Numbered from the stretch's first letter, positions 42,760 through 53,702 are shown. The stretch: 64,000 nucleotides of DNA from Chlorobium phaeobacteroides (GCA_016776555.1 JADHTF010000002.1:63857-127856), one strand, 5' to 3'. The notes: generated by a model from the letters alone, not told the origin. Program-made: numbers and translations.

Positions 42760-43424
42760 ATACAAAGACGGAATTCAAAAAAAGCATGAACGATCCTGTC
42801 TGCACATTTATTTCCGATGAGGATACCGTCTTGATTGAGGAGGCGGTCCGTGCCGCGGAGAAACGAACCGCAGGAGAAATCGTTGTCATGGTTGTTGCTT
42901 CAAGCGACAACTATCCGCTGGCGAACATTCTGGGCGGGCTTGTCTCCGGATTTCTTCTCTCTATCTCGATTTCACTAGCGACGGATATGCAATCCATGTG
43001 GAATTTTTTGGGATTTTTCCTGCCTTCATTTGTGTTATGCAATGAAATTATCAGACGGAACCTTTTTCTGAAACGTCTTTTTGTCACGGCATCGGACATG
43101 TGCGAGGAAGTTGAAAATGCCGCTTTCGGTGCATTTTATAAAAAAGGGGTATGGAACACCCGGGAACATACCGGTATTCTGATCTTCATATCGCTTTTCG
43201 AGCACCGTGTCTGGGTTCTGGGGGACAAAGGTATAAATGCTAAGGTTGATCCTTCTGTCTGGCAAGAAATAACTGATGGTATCGTTGCGGGAATCAGGGA
43301 GAAAAGCCACGTGTCGGCACTATGTGACGCCATTGGCAGGTGCGGTGATATTCTTGAAGGGCACTTTCCTCCAGGCAGGGACAATCCTGACGAACTTGAT
43401 AATTCCGTGATCAGGGGCCATTGA
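42756..43424 (+). CDS. TPM domain membrane protein (partner of lemA-ygcG)
   Basis: AEKRTAGEIV, TREHTGILIFIS..EH, NPDEL. Confidence 0.82.
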   Translation: MNTKTEFKKSMNDPVCTFISDEDTVLIEEAVRAAEKRTAGEIVVMVVASSDNYPLANILGGLVSGFLLSISISLATDMQSMWNFLGFFLPSFVLCNEIIRRNLFLKRLFVTASDMCEEVENAAFGAFYKKGVWNTREHTGILIFISLFEHRVWVLGDKGINAKVDPSVWQEITDGIVAGIREKSHVSALCDAIGRCGDILEGHFPPGRDNPDELDNSVIRGH

Positions 43425-43436
43425 ACGGGTCCGGAG

Positions 43437-43634
43437 ATGAGCATGAAGACTCTCTGCAAGCTCAAGAGTAAAGAGATTGAAAAAAACCTTCGGTATAGTA
43501 TCAAGGTGGTTTCCAGGCCCTGGTATGTCTGCGAGAAATGCGGCAGGGCGTCGAGAGAGAAAAAGAAGCTCTGCAAGCCGGTGAAGATCGTTCAATCTTC
43601 TGCATTACGAGGTGATAGAGGATCAACAGCATAG
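43437..43634 (+). CDS. Small basic Cys-rich protein (putative zinc binder)
   Basis: 65 aa; KTLCKL...YVCEKCGR...LCKP; GGAG immediately upstream. Confidence 0.6.
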   Translation: MSMKTLCKLKSKEIEKNLRYSIKVVSRPWYVCEKCGRASREKKKLCKPVKIVQSSALRGDRGSTA

Positions 43635-43652
43635 CGGAGTACTTTGTTGTGT

Positions 43653-43747
43653 GGGTACCTCTCTGTTGTTATTCCGCGCTTCACGTACTTCGTTGAGCGG
43701 ATAGAAAGGGTTTCTCCGGTTGCTCATGACACTTTTTAGAGGTGCCC
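43653..43747. mobile_element. Internally deleted copy of the 19093 MITE-like element
   Basis: Ends GGGTACCTCT / AGAGGTGCCC; shares TTATTCCG and CTTCGTTGAGCGG. Confidence 0.6.
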
Positions 43748-43864
43748 TTATAAGAAGAGCAAGATCACAGGTTCCCGTATTTGCTATGAGTTGATTATAT
43801 TTTTCATGACAAGTCGAAAACTCTTGCAGCTTTCCTGCAACAATAATTCAGGGTGAACATTATT

Positions 43865-44428
43865 ATGATGCATTACAAAAGAGTCTTTCCGTTTTTTCTA
43901 CTGATACTCTGCTTTGGTTTTAGCGCATGCGGCCCGAACGCCAAGGATCTTAACACTTCCGGAATAGAGAAACTGAAAAATGAAGACTATGAAGGAGCGC
44001 TGGAAGACTTTACCAAAGCTGTTGAAAAAGACCCTGAATTTGCAGAATCATATCTCAATCGCGGATTTGTCTATGGTAACAGGGGCGAGCTCCAGGAGGC
44101 TCTGGCGGATTTCAACAAGGCCATAGAAATGGACTCAGGCTATGTCGAAGCATACTATAACCGGGGATTTATTTACGGTTTTTTTGAAGAGTTTGATAAA
44201 GCGGTGGCAGATTTCGACAAGGTTATCGAGCTGAATCCTAAAGATGCCGAAGCCTATATCAACCGGGCGCTGATCCGTTCAAGGATCGGGGACAGAGAGG
44301 GGGAACTTGCCGATCTGAAAAAAGCGGCGGCTCTGGGTGATCCGACCGCACGTAACTGGCTTGATGACAATGGTGTGGAATGGGAGGACGCGGGAAAGAG
44401 TTCTGATTCTGCTGAGAATCCGGAATAA
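43865..44428 (+). CDS. TPR repeat lipoprotein
   Basis: Lipobox FSAC; 34-aa repeats Y.NRG...A.ADF.KAIE. Confidence 0.85.
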   Translation: MMHYKRVFPFFLLILCFGFSACGPNAKDLNTSGIEKLKNEDYEGALEDFTKAVEKDPEFAESYLNRGFVYGNRGELQEALADFNKAIEMDSGYVEAYYNRGFIYGFFEEFDKAVADFDKVIELNPKDAEAYINRALIRSRIGDREGELADLKKAAALGDPTARNWLDDNGVEWEDAGKSSDSAENPE

Positions 44429-44562
44429 ATAACCGTTTGTATTGTCCGGACGGCAATGTGTTGCAAAGGCCATTACCGCGAATGTTTCCGATGCTGTGCA
44501 GGTATTGCCTGTCCTTGTGCCCGTTGGCTGACTGAACCCAATGCTATCATTCTGTCTATACC

Positions 44563-45075
44563 GTGATCCTTTTTATTGAAAGTCAAGGCTCGAGACGACG
44601 ACGCAGAACAATGCTGTTTGCGTTGATGATGCTGGCGCTTTCACTGGTGTTTCTTATGAACGATTATCGGATCTCCGATCCTCCTCCTGAAGAGATTCCA
44701 AGGGAAAACAACTGGCAGCGATCAGGTGTCATGGCAGATATCGTTGTCTCCGGTATAGATATCAAGCCGCTTGTTCCCAGAGCCGGAGAAGCATTTGTTC
44801 TGAATGTTTTTTGCCAGAACAGAGGCATTATCCCCACCGGCCGATACACTCTTGATGTCTCCGTCAGCGACGCAAGCGGAAACGAACTCTATACCGGGCG
44901 TACCTCCCGCAATACATCACTCGAACCGGGGCAGACCGGTTTGTCATTTTCATCCTCCATCATTTCCGGTACTGTGCCGGGGCGTTATAGCATATCGGTG
45001 CAACTGACTCCTGATGATTTTGAAGATGAAAATCCCGGAAACAACAAGGCTGTCAGGACTATAGAGTTCATGTGA
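44563..45075 (+). CDS. Membrane-anchored CARDB/Ig-like domain protein
   Basis: N-terminal TM; DIVVSGI...N.G...LEPG...GRYSI...DENPGNN. Confidence 0.6.
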   Translation: MILFIESQGSRRRRRTMLFALMMLALSLVFLMNDYRISDPPPEEIPRENNWQRSGVMADIVVSGIDIKPLVPRAGEAFVLNVFCQNRGIIPTGRYTLDVSVSDASGNELYTGRTSRNTSLEPGQTGLSFSSSIISGTVPGRYSISVQLTPDDFEDENPGNNKAVRTIEFM

Positions 45076-45120
45076 TCGGCTGTCCGGATTGCTGCAGGCT
45101 ATGACGGACGTTGTCGCCGG

Positions 45121-45375
45121 TTATCGTGTCAGTATGCTTCTGTCATGGAAAAAGTGCAGATACCCGGCAGCAAGTCCCGCCGCGAGCAACACCGTTCTGA
45201 TGCCGAACAGCACCGGAAATGCAAAAAGTATGATCAGCATGAGGCAATAGAGAAATACTGAAACAAGCTTTTCTCTGAACAGGCTGTTTTTATCGAGCAA
45301 TCTCTGGCCGCAGGCAAGAGAATTGATGAAGGCGATAAAGAACGCTATCGCGTAATAGGTTACCGGATCTTTCAC
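45121..45375 (-). CDS. Small hypothetical membrane protein
   Basis: 84 aa, three hydrophobic segments, GTG start. Confidence 0.45.
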   Translation of the reverse strand: MKDPVTYYAIAFFIAFINSLACGQRLLDKNSLFREKLVSVFLYCLMLIILFAFPVLFGIRTVLLAAGLAAGYLHFFHDRSILTR

Positions 45376-45864
45376 GGGCTCTCAATGATTCATGGAAAAC
45401 CGCTTTATCAATACTAACCGTACTGTTAGTCTGTGCATTCCCTTGTAGTAGCATATAAGGCTGATCGAATCATCAGCCGGTTTCATCGCGCTAAAGCCGG
45501 CGGCAGAGGCGTGGCCGGCACAAGAGTTACAATAAAGACGGTAAGCAGAACTCTTCGATGACTGAGGCTTGCACACCGCAGATCGCACAGGGCGCCGGGC
45601 GACAGTATTTTGAGGGGAGGAAAACGACTGTGTGAGGCAGACAGGAATGTGGCTGTTTTTTTTGCCGGATTTCTATATTGTTATGTTTATTGCACCTGAG
45701 TTGATCGTTTCAATACATGCTTTATGCTTTATGCTTTACAGCGAACATCTCACCCGATGGGTCAACTTTCCGCCTCTGCGCGTCGTTCCTTGTTCCTTGC
45801 ATTCTTTGGTATGTTCAGTGATTGCTCAACAGAGGCGCAGGCAAACATAGAAGTAGTAGGAGAT

Positions 45865-46968
45865 ATGAAAAAAACAGCCTTGTATGCCTGGCATCAGGCA
45901 GCGGGAGCGAAAATTATCGATTTTTGCGGCTACCTCATGCCGGTCCAGTATTCCGGAATTATGGCAGAGCACCAGTGCGTCAGATCTTCAGCCGGACTTT
46001 TTGATGTATCCCATATGGGGAGCTTCTATGTCAGGGGCGATCGTGCCCTGGAGTTTCTGCAGCATATGACGACCAATGATGCTTCTGTACTGAAAAACGG
46101 TCAGGCGCAATACACATTGATGCTCTATTCCGACGGAGGAATTGTCGATGATCTGATTGTCTACAGGGTAGATCATGAAACCTGGTTTATCGTTGTCAAC
46201 GCAGGTAACCGGCAGAAGGATTTTGAGTGGCTCAGCGGGCATATTCAGGATTTTGAAGGAGTAGCCATTGAAGATCACTCGGAGAGCCTTTCGCTTATCG
46301 CTTTGCAGGGGCCAAAATCGAAGCATATTCTTCAACGGGTATTGGCCTCTTCAGTCTGTGAGCAACTCCCGGCTTTTCATTTTCTCAGGACGGACTTTGA
46401 GGGTACAGAAATCATGGTCGCCTGCACCGGCTATACCGGCGAAAAAGGAGTAGAAATTTCTGTTCCTGACCAATCTGCCGAACTCCTGTGGAAAACGATC
46501 ATTAAAGAGGGTGAAGCTTTCGATATTCAGCCTGTGGGGCTCGGGGCCCGGGACACATTGCGGCTTGAAATGGGTTATCCTTTGTACGGTCATGAGATAA
46601 CGAGAGAAACCAACCCGATGGAAACACGCCTTCGATGGGTGACGAAGCTGGAAAAAGGAGAGTTCATCGGCAGGGAGGCCTGTGTAGAGGCGGAGCGTAA
46701 TCCGGAAAAGACGCTTGTCGGTTTTTCCATGGAAGAACGCGCGATTCCCCGGCAGGGATATGTGCTGTATGACCGTGATGACAATGAAGTCGGGACAGTC
46801 TGCAGCGGTACCATGTCGCCTACACTGCACAAGCCCATCGGGACCGCTCATGTTCTCCGCGCAGTGATGGAGCCCGGAACACCCGTTTTTCTGGAAGTCA
46901 GGAACAAACGCTACAGGGGAGAGGTTACCAGGTTGCCGTTTGTCAAGGCGGCAGGGAATAGCAAATGA
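45865..46968 (+). CDS. gcvT: Glycine cleavage system aminomethyltransferase T
   Basis: RBS AGGAG; GLFDVSHMG, TGYTGE, GLGARDTLRLE; TGA stop is in the first AATGACT repeat. Confidence 0.95.
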   Translation: MKKTALYAWHQAAGAKIIDFCGYLMPVQYSGIMAEHQCVRSSAGLFDVSHMGSFYVRGDRALEFLQHMTTNDASVLKNGQAQYTLMLYSDGGIVDDLIVYRVDHETWFIVVNAGNRQKDFEWLSGHIQDFEGVAIEDHSESLSLIALQGPKSKHILQRVLASSVCEQLPAFHFLRTDFEGTEIMVACTGYTGEKGVEISVPDQSAELLWKTIIKEGEAFDIQPVGLGARDTLRLEMGYPLYGHEITRETNPMETRLRWVTKLEKGEFIGREACVEAERNPEKTLVGFSMEERAIPRQGYVLYDRDDNEVGTVCSGTMSPTLHKPIGTAHVLRAVMEPGTPVFLEVRNKRYRGEVTRLPFVKAAGNSK

Positions 46969-47230
46969 CTAATGACTATTGAATAATGGAAGACGGGGGA
47001 TGAGGGAAATGGATAGTGGATAATGGATAATGAGGGATTGCCTTGAGGAAGCCGGAAGTCAGAATCCAGAAGCCGGAATCGAGAGATGAGAGACGAGCGG
47101 GGGAGGTGTTAGGAGTTAGGTGCTATGTGTTAGGAGGGAGGAAAGGCTATTTAGCCATTTAGCCGTCAAGCCATTTGGCTATCCAGCCAACCAGCCATTC
47201 AGTCTTTTTGCCTTACTCTCGTCTCTTTTT
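46964..47230. repeat. Mosaic of degenerate 7/8-mer repeat modules
   Basis: AATGACT, GGATAAT, GCCGGAA, GTGTTAGG and TATCCAGC modules. Confidence 0.75.
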
Positions 47231-47247
47231 TTACGTATTTCTTTTTG

Positions 47248-47275
47248 ATGGATGCCGCATCAAGTGCGGCATGAC
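47248..47275. repeat. REP-like hairpin (GTCAT-stem-CTTGA-stem-ATCCA family)
   Basis: ATGGATGCCGCATCAAGTGCGGCATGAC; reverse complement of 57022-57049. Confidence 0.85.
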
Positions 47276-47284
47276 TATCTTCAC

Positions 47285-47361
47285 CTTAGCACTTAGCACT
47301 TAGCACTTAGCACTTAGCACTTAGCACTTAGCACTTAGCACTTAGCACTTAGCACTTAGCA
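47285..47361. repeat. Perfect heptamer array (CTTAGCA) x11
   Basis: 11 identical units ending 34 bp before the ftsK ATG. Confidence 0.95.
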
Positions 47362-47395
47362 CGAACAACACCGATATGCAGAACAAGAGAGGGTA

Positions 47396-49690
47396 ATGAA
47401 CAGGGATACGATAAAGAAAGAGATAGCGGGTGTGGCGCTGGGTATTGTGGCCTTTTTTTATATAGGGGCACTGTTGTTCTATCATGTTGATGACGCGGCT
47501 GTTCTTGAGCCGTTGCAATGGTACGAGTTTTTCGGACGTAATGCCATGGAGGCTGCTGCCGGACTGCACAACCCTTTCGGCATTTTCGGCGCGCGACTTT
47601 CCGAACTGTTTATTCGATCATTTCTTGGATATGTGTCGGTCATACCTGGATTTGCGGCGATGTACTGGGGCTGGTCGTTGTTGTTTGGGAGAAGTCTCAA
47701 GCTGCCATTGATTTTCACGCTCTATGCCATTCTTATCGCTCTCGATATTGCCACCATGTTTGGTTTGACGACAGCGCCTTTCGGCGATATCATGGCTGGA
47801 GCAGTCGGACGGATGCTCGCGGCGTTTCTTTCCACCGTCATCGGCTATACCGGGGCATGGATTCTGCTCGCCGTTCTTGGTCTGGCCGCATCTCTTTTCG
47901 CGCTCAGGGTTTTTGTTGAAAATCCCCTTGAGAAACTGCGTTTTGCAGGCGCCGCTGCAAAAACTTTGTTTGCAGGACTTGTTACACGCAAGCCCGCCGT
48001 GCCGCTTTCTGAAGACCCTGCTGATAGTGAAGTCCCTGAAGAGGAGGAGCCTCAGCAGTATTCCGTCCCGGAAGAGATGACGCGTCAGCCTGTTGTATCT
48101 GCTGAGGAGGTGACAGCCGAAGAACCGGATACACAGGAACCGCAGATTTCCATTCGTGAGGGCGTGCATGAAAAAGAGGCAGACCTCGACAAACGAAAGC
48201 TCAAGGTGAAAACTAAAGACCGGGTAGTCTATCGTTTTCCCTCTGTTGATATTCTCCGGTACGCCCGGGAGGAGGACTATATTGACGAGACGCTTCTTGA
48301 GGAGAGCAAGAAGCGATTGCTTGAAAAACTCGGTATCTACAAGATCGAGGTGGTGCGAATATCCGCGACAGTCGGGCCGAGGGTAACGCTTTTTGAGCTT
48401 GAACTGGCCCCTGACGTCAAGGTGAGCCGGGTGACCGCGCTGGAAAACGATCTTGCGATGGCCATGGCGGCCAGGGGAATCCGTATTATCGCGCCAATTC
48501 CCGGAAAAAACGCGGTGGGAGTCGAAATTCCTCATGGCAAGCCCAGGACCGTGTGGATGCGCTCTGTTCTGCAGGTTGAAAAATTCAAAAACAATCGAAT
48601 GGCGCTTCCGGTTGTGCTCGGTAAAACCATTGCGAACGAGGTCTATCTCGATGACCTCTCAAGTATGCCGCATCTCCTGATTGCCGGAGCAACGGGTGCG
48701 GGAAAGTCGGTTGGGATCAATGTCATGCTGACCAGTCTTCTCTACGCGTGCAGCCCCGACAAGGTCAAATTTGTCCTGATTGATCCGAAACGGGTTGAAC
48801 TGTTGCATTATCAGAATCTTAAAAATCATTTTCTCGTCAAGTTTCATGGACTTGACGAGCAGATTATAACCGATCCGGTAAAGGCGATTTACGCGCTGCG
48901 ATCAGTCGTCAAAGAGATGGAAATGCGTTACGAACTGCTTGAAAAAGCCGGAGTGCGCAATATTGCCGATTTAAACCGTAAGCTTCCCGATGAAGCGCTG
49001 CCCTATCTGGTTGTGGTTGTCGATGAACTTGCAGACCTCATGATTACCGCCGGAAAGGATGTCGAGGAGCCGATAACCCGTATCGCCCAGCTCGCCAGAG
49101 CGGTAGGTATCCATCTTATCGTGGCGACACAACGTCCTTCCGTTGACGTCATTACCGGGATTATCAAGGCGAATTTCCCCGCAAGGATCGCTTTTCAGGT
49201 TGCCAGCAAGGTGGATTCACGCACCATTCTTGATGGTTCGGGTGCCGAGCAGTTGCTTGGTAACGGCGATATGCTCTATCAGTCGGCATCACAACCTAAA
49301 TCAGAACGCATCCAGTGCCCCTACATTTCTGCTACCGAGGTTGAATCGATCACTTCGTTTATCGGTAGTCAGACCGGATTGAAAAACTTCTATCACCTTC
49401 CCCAGCCTGATGTCAGAGAAAAAGGAGGCGCTTATCAGAACGGTATCGCTCAGGACACAGACGGAAGGGACAGCATGTTTGAAGATGCCGCGCATCTCGT
49501 TGTCATGCACCAGCAGGGCAGTGTTTCCTTGCTTCAGCGCCGCCTCAAGCTGGGATTCAGCAGGGCTGCACGGATTATGGACCAGCTGGAAAGCTGCGGT
49601 ATCGTGGGCGCTGCTGATGGAAGTAAGGCCCGTGAGGTGCTTGTTGACAATCACGACGCGCTTGAACTCTTGTTGAGAAACCTTGACTAA
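47396..49690 (+). CDS. ftsK: DNA translocase FtsK
   Basis: N-terminal 4TM domain, PHLLIAGATGAGKS, DELADLM, ATQRPS, gamma domain LLQRRLKLGFSRAAR. Confidence 0.95.
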   Translation: MNRDTIKKEIAGVALGIVAFFYIGALLFYHVDDAAVLEPLQWYEFFGRNAMEAAAGLHNPFGIFGARLSELFIRSFLGYVSVIPGFAAMYWGWSLLFGRSLKLPLIFTLYAILIALDIATMFGLTTAPFGDIMAGAVGRMLAAFLSTVIGYTGAWILLAVLGLAASLFALRVFVENPLEKLRFAGAAAKTLFAGLVTRKPAVPLSEDPADSEVPEEEEPQQYSVPEEMTRQPVVSAEEVTAEEPDTQEPQISIREGVHEKEADLDKRKLKVKTKDRVVYRFPSVDILRYAREEDYIDETLLEESKKRLLEKLGIYKIEVVRISATVGPRVTLFELELAPDVKVSRVTALENDLAMAMAARGIRIIAPIPGKNAVGVEIPHGKPRTVWMRSVLQVEKFKNNRMALPVVLGKTIANEVYLDDLSSMPHLLIAGATGAGKSVGINVMLTSLLYACSPDKVKFVLIDPKRVELLHYQNLKNHFLVKFHGLDEQIITDPVKAIYALRSVVKEMEMRYELLEKAGVRNIADLNRKLPDEALPYLVVVVDELADLMITAGKDVEEPITRIAQLARAVGIHLIVATQRPSVDVITGIIKANFPARIAFQVASKVDSRTILDGSGAEQLLGNGDMLYQSASQPKSERIQCPYISATEVESITSFIGSQTGLKNFYHLPQPDVREKGGAYQNGIAQDTDGRDSMFEDAAHLVVMHQQGSVSLLQRRLKLGFSRAARIMDQLESCGIVGAADGSKAREVLVDNHDALELLLRNLD

Positions 49691-49788
49691 AACAGAAAAC
49701 CATTTTGTTTTTTGTTCGTGAGATTTGATATTAGGTCATGCGGGATTATCCCCGTGTGGATTTTTTTGTACCCATAACAACCAGGAAT

Positions 49789-50049
49789 ATGAATACCACC
49801 AAAGATTATCTGCCAGATACCGATCCGCTGTATGACCGCGTTATCAAAGCTCTTGAAGAGGTTCGACCCTATCTTCAGGCTGACGGCGGTGATTGCCAGC
49901 TTGTCGGCATCACCAAAGATATGCTTGTCGATGTCAAGCTGCTTGGGGCTTGCGGATCATGTCCGATGAGCACACTGACACTTCGTGCCGGTGTTGAACA
50001 GGCGATCAAAAAAGCTGTTCCTGAAATAGCGAGGGTCGAGGCGGTCTGA
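49789..50049 (+). CDS. NifU/NfuA C-terminal domain Fe-S carrier
   Basis: RPYLQADGGD, GACGSCPMS. Confidence 0.9.
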   Translation: MNTTKDYLPDTDPLYDRVIKALEEVRPYLQADGGDCQLVGITKDMLVDVKLLGACGSCPMSTLTLRAGVEQAIKKAVPEIARVEAV

Positions 50050-50076
50050 GGAGATTGTAGAAGGCTTGAAACAGAA

Positions 50077-50105
50077 ATCCCGGTGTTACAAACCGGGATT
50101 TTTTG
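50077..50105. terminator. Intrinsic terminator between convergent nfu and mrp genes
   Basis: AATCCCGGT-GTTACAA-ACCGGGATT followed by a T-tract. Confidence 0.7.
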
Positions 50106-50130
50106 TCGGGTACTCCACAGTCCACAGCAT

Positions 50131-51237
50131 TCACTCTTCAGTGTGGTGGGAACAACAGTTGGAGTTAGAGGCTGTCGCGTTGCGAATGGAAATCTGCCTG
50201 GCGACTTCGCTTGCCGCCCTGTTGATGGACTCTGTGGCCTCACTTTCCGGAAATTCCACGACGAAAGGTTTTCCGCTGTCACCTCCCTCCCGGACCATAC
50301 CGCCGATCGGAATGCTGCCGAGCAGGGTTATTCCCTGGGCCTTCGCGAATTTTTCTCCTCCGCCCTTACCGAAAATATAGTCCTTTGTGCCGTCCGGCAG
50401 CAGGTAATAACTCATGTTCTCGATGAGACCGAGAAGCGGGATATTGACTTTTCTGAACATGGTTACAGCTTTTGCCACATCGCTCAGAGCGACATTCTGG
50501 GGAGTCGTGACAATGACCGCGCCGCAGACGGGAAGCATTTGAGCAAGAGTCAGCTGAATATCCCCGGTGCCTGGAGGGAGATCAAAAATGAGATAGTCCA
50601 GATCACCCCAGGCAACTTCCGTGATTAACTGTTTCATCGCGGATGATGCCATAGGGCCTCTCCACAGCACAGGGTTATCACTTTCAATGAGAAAACCGAT
50701 TGACATGAGTTTTACGCCGTACTTTTCAAGAGGTATGAGTGATTTGTCCCTGACCTCAGGGCGTTTGTTGACAAGACCGAACATGGTCGGTATACTCGGC
50801 CCGTAGAGGTCGGCGTCGATCAGTCCGACTTTTGCTCCTGACCGGGCAAGGCTGACGGCAAGATTGACCGCGATAGTCGATTTACCCACGCCGCCTTTGC
50901 CTGATCCCACTGCAATGATGTTTTTGACATTCGGAAGCGGGTTGGGTTTTTCGCCGTGTCCTGAGCAGCTCCCGCCTGAGGTGACTTTCGAGGTCAGATT
51001 AACGGTTATCTCGCCCGCTTCAGGCAGGTGTTCACGGATGGCTGCCGTACAGGCATTTCTGATATGGTCTTTCATCGGACATGCTGGAGTTGTCAGCTCG
51101 ACACTGAACGAAACGGAATTATCCGCTCCGACTTTTATGTCTTTGATCATGTTCAGCGAAACAAGATCTTTTTTCAGGTCCGGTTCCATGACGTTTTCAA
51201 GCGCTTCGAGTATCTGTGTACCGGTTATTGCTGTCAT
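50131..51237 (-). CDS. Mrp/ApbC (NBP35) Fe-S cluster carrier ATPase
   Basis: N-terminal DUF59 (LTTPACP), GKGGVGKST, DADLYGPS, DLPPGTGD, ENMS. Confidence 0.93.
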   Translation of the reverse strand: MTAITGTQILEALENVMEPDLKKDLVSLNMIKDIKVGADNSVSFSVELTTPACPMKDHIRNACTAAIREHLPEAGEITVNLTSKVTSGGSCSGHGEKPNPLPNVKNIIAVGSGKGGVGKSTIAVNLAVSLARSGAKVGLIDADLYGPSIPTMFGLVNKRPEVRDKSLIPLEKYGVKLMSIGFLIESDNPVLWRGPMASSAMKQLITEVAWGDLDYLIFDLPPGTGDIQLTLAQMLPVCGAVIVTTPQNVALSDVAKAVTMFRKVNIPLLGLIENMSYYLLPDGTKDYIFGKGGGEKFAKAQGITLLGSIPIGGMVREGGDSGKPFVVEFPESEATESINRAASEVARQISIRNATASNSNCCSHHTEE

Positions 51238-51302
51238 CGTGTAAGGGTGTTAAGATGTTCTGAAAAGAGTGTTACTGAAAATATTGCAGACGTTCCGGGA
51301 GG

Positions 51303-52610
51303 CTATTTCTTTCTATATCTGAACGATACGGGGACTCCGGTGAAATCAAAAGTCTGCCTGAGGCGTTTTTCAAGAAATCGTTTGTAGTTGCTGAGAACAA
51401 GGTCAGGGTTGTTGCAGAAAAATGCAAATACAGGGTAGTGCGCCCCGATCTGCGTGACGTATTTTATTTTGAGCTCCCTGCCTGACTTCGTGGAGGGAGG
51501 GAGCTCCGAGAGCACCTGCTGCAGGAACCGGTTAAGTTCGCTGGTGCTGATTTTTTTCTGACGGTTTTGGCCTGTTTCAAGAGCGGTATCAATAGCTCTG
51601 TACAGGTTCTTTTTCGTCAGTGCGGAAATGAAGAGGACAGGAATCCATGAAAGATTGCCGATCTGGTCGTATATCCTGTCGCTGTACTGTTTGCTCGTAT
51701 TTGTTTCTTTTTCGATAAGATCCCATTTGTTGACAAGAATCACTATGCCTTTTCTCTTCTCAGCCGCCATCTGAATGATTTTAATGTCCTGTTTTTCCAG
51801 GCCCTGTTCCGCATCGATCAGAAGAAGCGCAACGTCGCAACGTTCTATGGACTTGTCAGTGCGCACGGAGCTGTAAAACTCGATCCCCCTGTCGATTTTG
51901 GTTCTTTTACGCAATCCGGCGGTATCGATCAGTAGCACTTCTTTTCCGTTGCGCTTCAAGCGGCTGTCTATAGCGTCTCTGGTCGTTCCGGGTATGTCTG
52001 AAACGATATGGCGGTTGGTTCCCAGGAGCGCATTGACGAAACTCGATTTTCCGACATTCGGGCGTCCGATGATAGCGAGTTTGATTGCTGTATCCTCTTC
52101 TTCGGTTGTTTCATCAGGGAAAGACGCGACAACTTCATCAAGAAGGTCGGCTACCCCGTTACCTTCACGAGCGGAAATAAACCAGGGTTCAGTCAGGCCT
52201 GTACGGCGAAACTCCTCACCTTCAAAAGCAAGCTGCCGTGTCTCCACCTTGTTTACCACCAGATAGACAGGTTTGTCCCGAAAATTTTTTTTCAGCATTC
52301 TGCTCATGTCAAGATCGAGGTAGGCCAGTCCGGAGCGAACGTCTACCATGAAAAGGATGACATCAGCTTCCGCTATGGCAGCAAGAGTCTGCTCCATCAT
52401 AGCCCGGTTGAGGCTGTCCTTGTCATGGCAGTATCCTCCGGTATCCATGACCATGAATTTCCTCCCCTGCCATTCGGCAGAGGCGATATGGCGATCCCTG
52501 GTCACGCCGGGTGTGCTGTCCGTGATAGCGCTTTTACTGCGGGACAGGCGGTTGAAAAGCGTTGATTTTCCGACATTCGGCCGGCCGACAAGAGCCACAA
52601 GAGGTTTCAT
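51303..52610 (-). CDS. der: Ribosome biogenesis GTPase Der (EngA)
   Basis: Two GRPNVGKS G-domains and a C-terminal KH-like domain. Confidence 0.96.
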   Translation of the reverse strand: MKPLVALVGRPNVGKSTLFNRLSRSKSAITDSTPGVTRDRHIASAEWQGRKFMVMDTGGYCHDKDSLNRAMMEQTLAAIAEADVILFMVDVRSGLAYLDLDMSRMLKKNFRDKPVYLVVNKVETRQLAFEGEEFRRTGLTEPWFISAREGNGVADLLDEVVASFPDETTEEEDTAIKLAIIGRPNVGKSSFVNALLGTNRHIVSDIPGTTRDAIDSRLKRNGKEVLLIDTAGLRKRTKIDRGIEFYSSVRTDKSIERCDVALLLIDAEQGLEKQDIKIIQMAAEKRKGIVILVNKWDLIEKETNTSKQYSDRIYDQIGNLSWIPVLFISALTKKNLYRAIDTALETGQNRQKKISTSELNRFLQQVLSELPPSTKSGRELKIKYVTQIGAHYPVFAFFCNNPDLVLSNYKRFLEKRLRQTFDFTGVPVSFRYRKK

Positions 52611-52821
52611 GGTGTTACAATGGAAAAGTCAAAATTCAAAAGTGAAAAGTCAATAACTGTCAAACAGGGAATAGCTGAATGGCTTTTCGCAAGGTCCCCG
52701 GAGATATCCCGATAGCGAATGCCTGAATTAGGAAGGTATAATTGTTTGTAGAATTATTTGAAATAAATTACATTGCCAGACATAATTTTTTGGAAATGTA
52801 CTCTATAAAAAACGTACGAGG

Positions 52822-53274
52822 ATGAGTAAGACGATAAGTTTCAAGACATATTCGGCAAAACCAGGTGAAGTGGAACGAAAATGGTATGTCGTTGACGCAG
52901 AAGGCAAAGTGCTGGGCCGTCTTGCCAGTGAGATCGCGACGATTCTGCGCGGAAAACACAAACCGCAGTTCACACCCCATGTCGATACGGGTGATTTCGT
53001 TATTGTGACAAACGCCGGTAAAATCGGTTTGAGCGGCAAGAAGCTGGATCAGAAAACCTATTTCTCCCATTCAAATTATCCCGGCGGCGTGAAAATAGAG
53101 AACCTCAAGGACATGCTCCGGAAAAAACCTGAAAAGGTTATCGAGAAAGCTGTATGGGGTATGTTGCCGCACAATAATCTCGGGAGAGCGCTTTTCAAGA
53201 AACTCAAGGTCTACGCAGGTCCGGAGCATCCGCATGTGTCTCAGAGTCCTGTTGAAATGAAGGTTAACCAATAA
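52822..53274 (+). CDS. rplM: 50S ribosomal protein L13
   Basis: [22 protein letters not shown]. Confidence 0.97.
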   Translation: MSKTISFKTYSAKPGEVERKWYVVDAEGKVLGRLASEIATILRGKHKPQFTPHVDTGDFVIVTNAGKIGLSGKKLDQKTYFSHSNYPGGVKIENLKDMLRKKPEKVIEKAVWGMLPHNNLGRALFKKLKVYAGPEHPHVSQSPVEMKVNQ

Positions 53275-53282
53275 AATATATA

Positions 53283-53678
53283 ATGGCGATGAAAGAGACT
53301 GTCAATGCGGTTGGCCGCAGAAAAACCTCGGTTGCAAGGGCTTTTCTTGTGCCGGGCAAGGGTTCGGTTACGGTCAACAAGCTGCCGGTAGAGGATTACT
53401 TTAAAGACGAGTACAGAAGGAATGAGGCGCTCAAGCCCCTTATACTTTCAGGAAAACAGGATGAGTTCACCGTCAAACTCAATGTTCGCGGCGGCGGCAT
53501 CAGCGGTCAGGCAGGTGCGGTAAGTCTTGCTATTGCGAGAGCCCTCGTTGAGATTGATGAGGAAAACCGTCTGCTGTTCCGTAAGGACAGGTTGTTGACA
53601 AGGGATCCCCGTATGGTTGAGAGGAAGAAATGCGGTCAGAAAAAAGCCCGTAAGAGATTCCAGTTCTCAAAACGTTAA
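53283..53678 (+). CDS. rpsI: 30S ribosomal protein S9
   Basis: [24 protein letters not shown]. Confidence 0.97.
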   Translation: MAMKETVNAVGRRKTSVARAFLVPGKGSVTVNKLPVEDYFKDEYRRNEALKPLILSGKQDEFTVKLNVRGGGISGQAGAVSLAIARALVEIDEENRLLFRKDRLLTRDPRMVERKKCGQKKARKRFQFSKR

Positions 53679-53702
53679 GTTTCTTTACTTCTTGTATTTT
53701 AA

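Noticed and set aside
45376-45864. Glycine riboswitch or ncRNA upstream of gcvT
   Set aside because: I could not find the GGAGA...CCGAAG...CTCTCAGG aptamer pattern; an Rfam scan would be needed.
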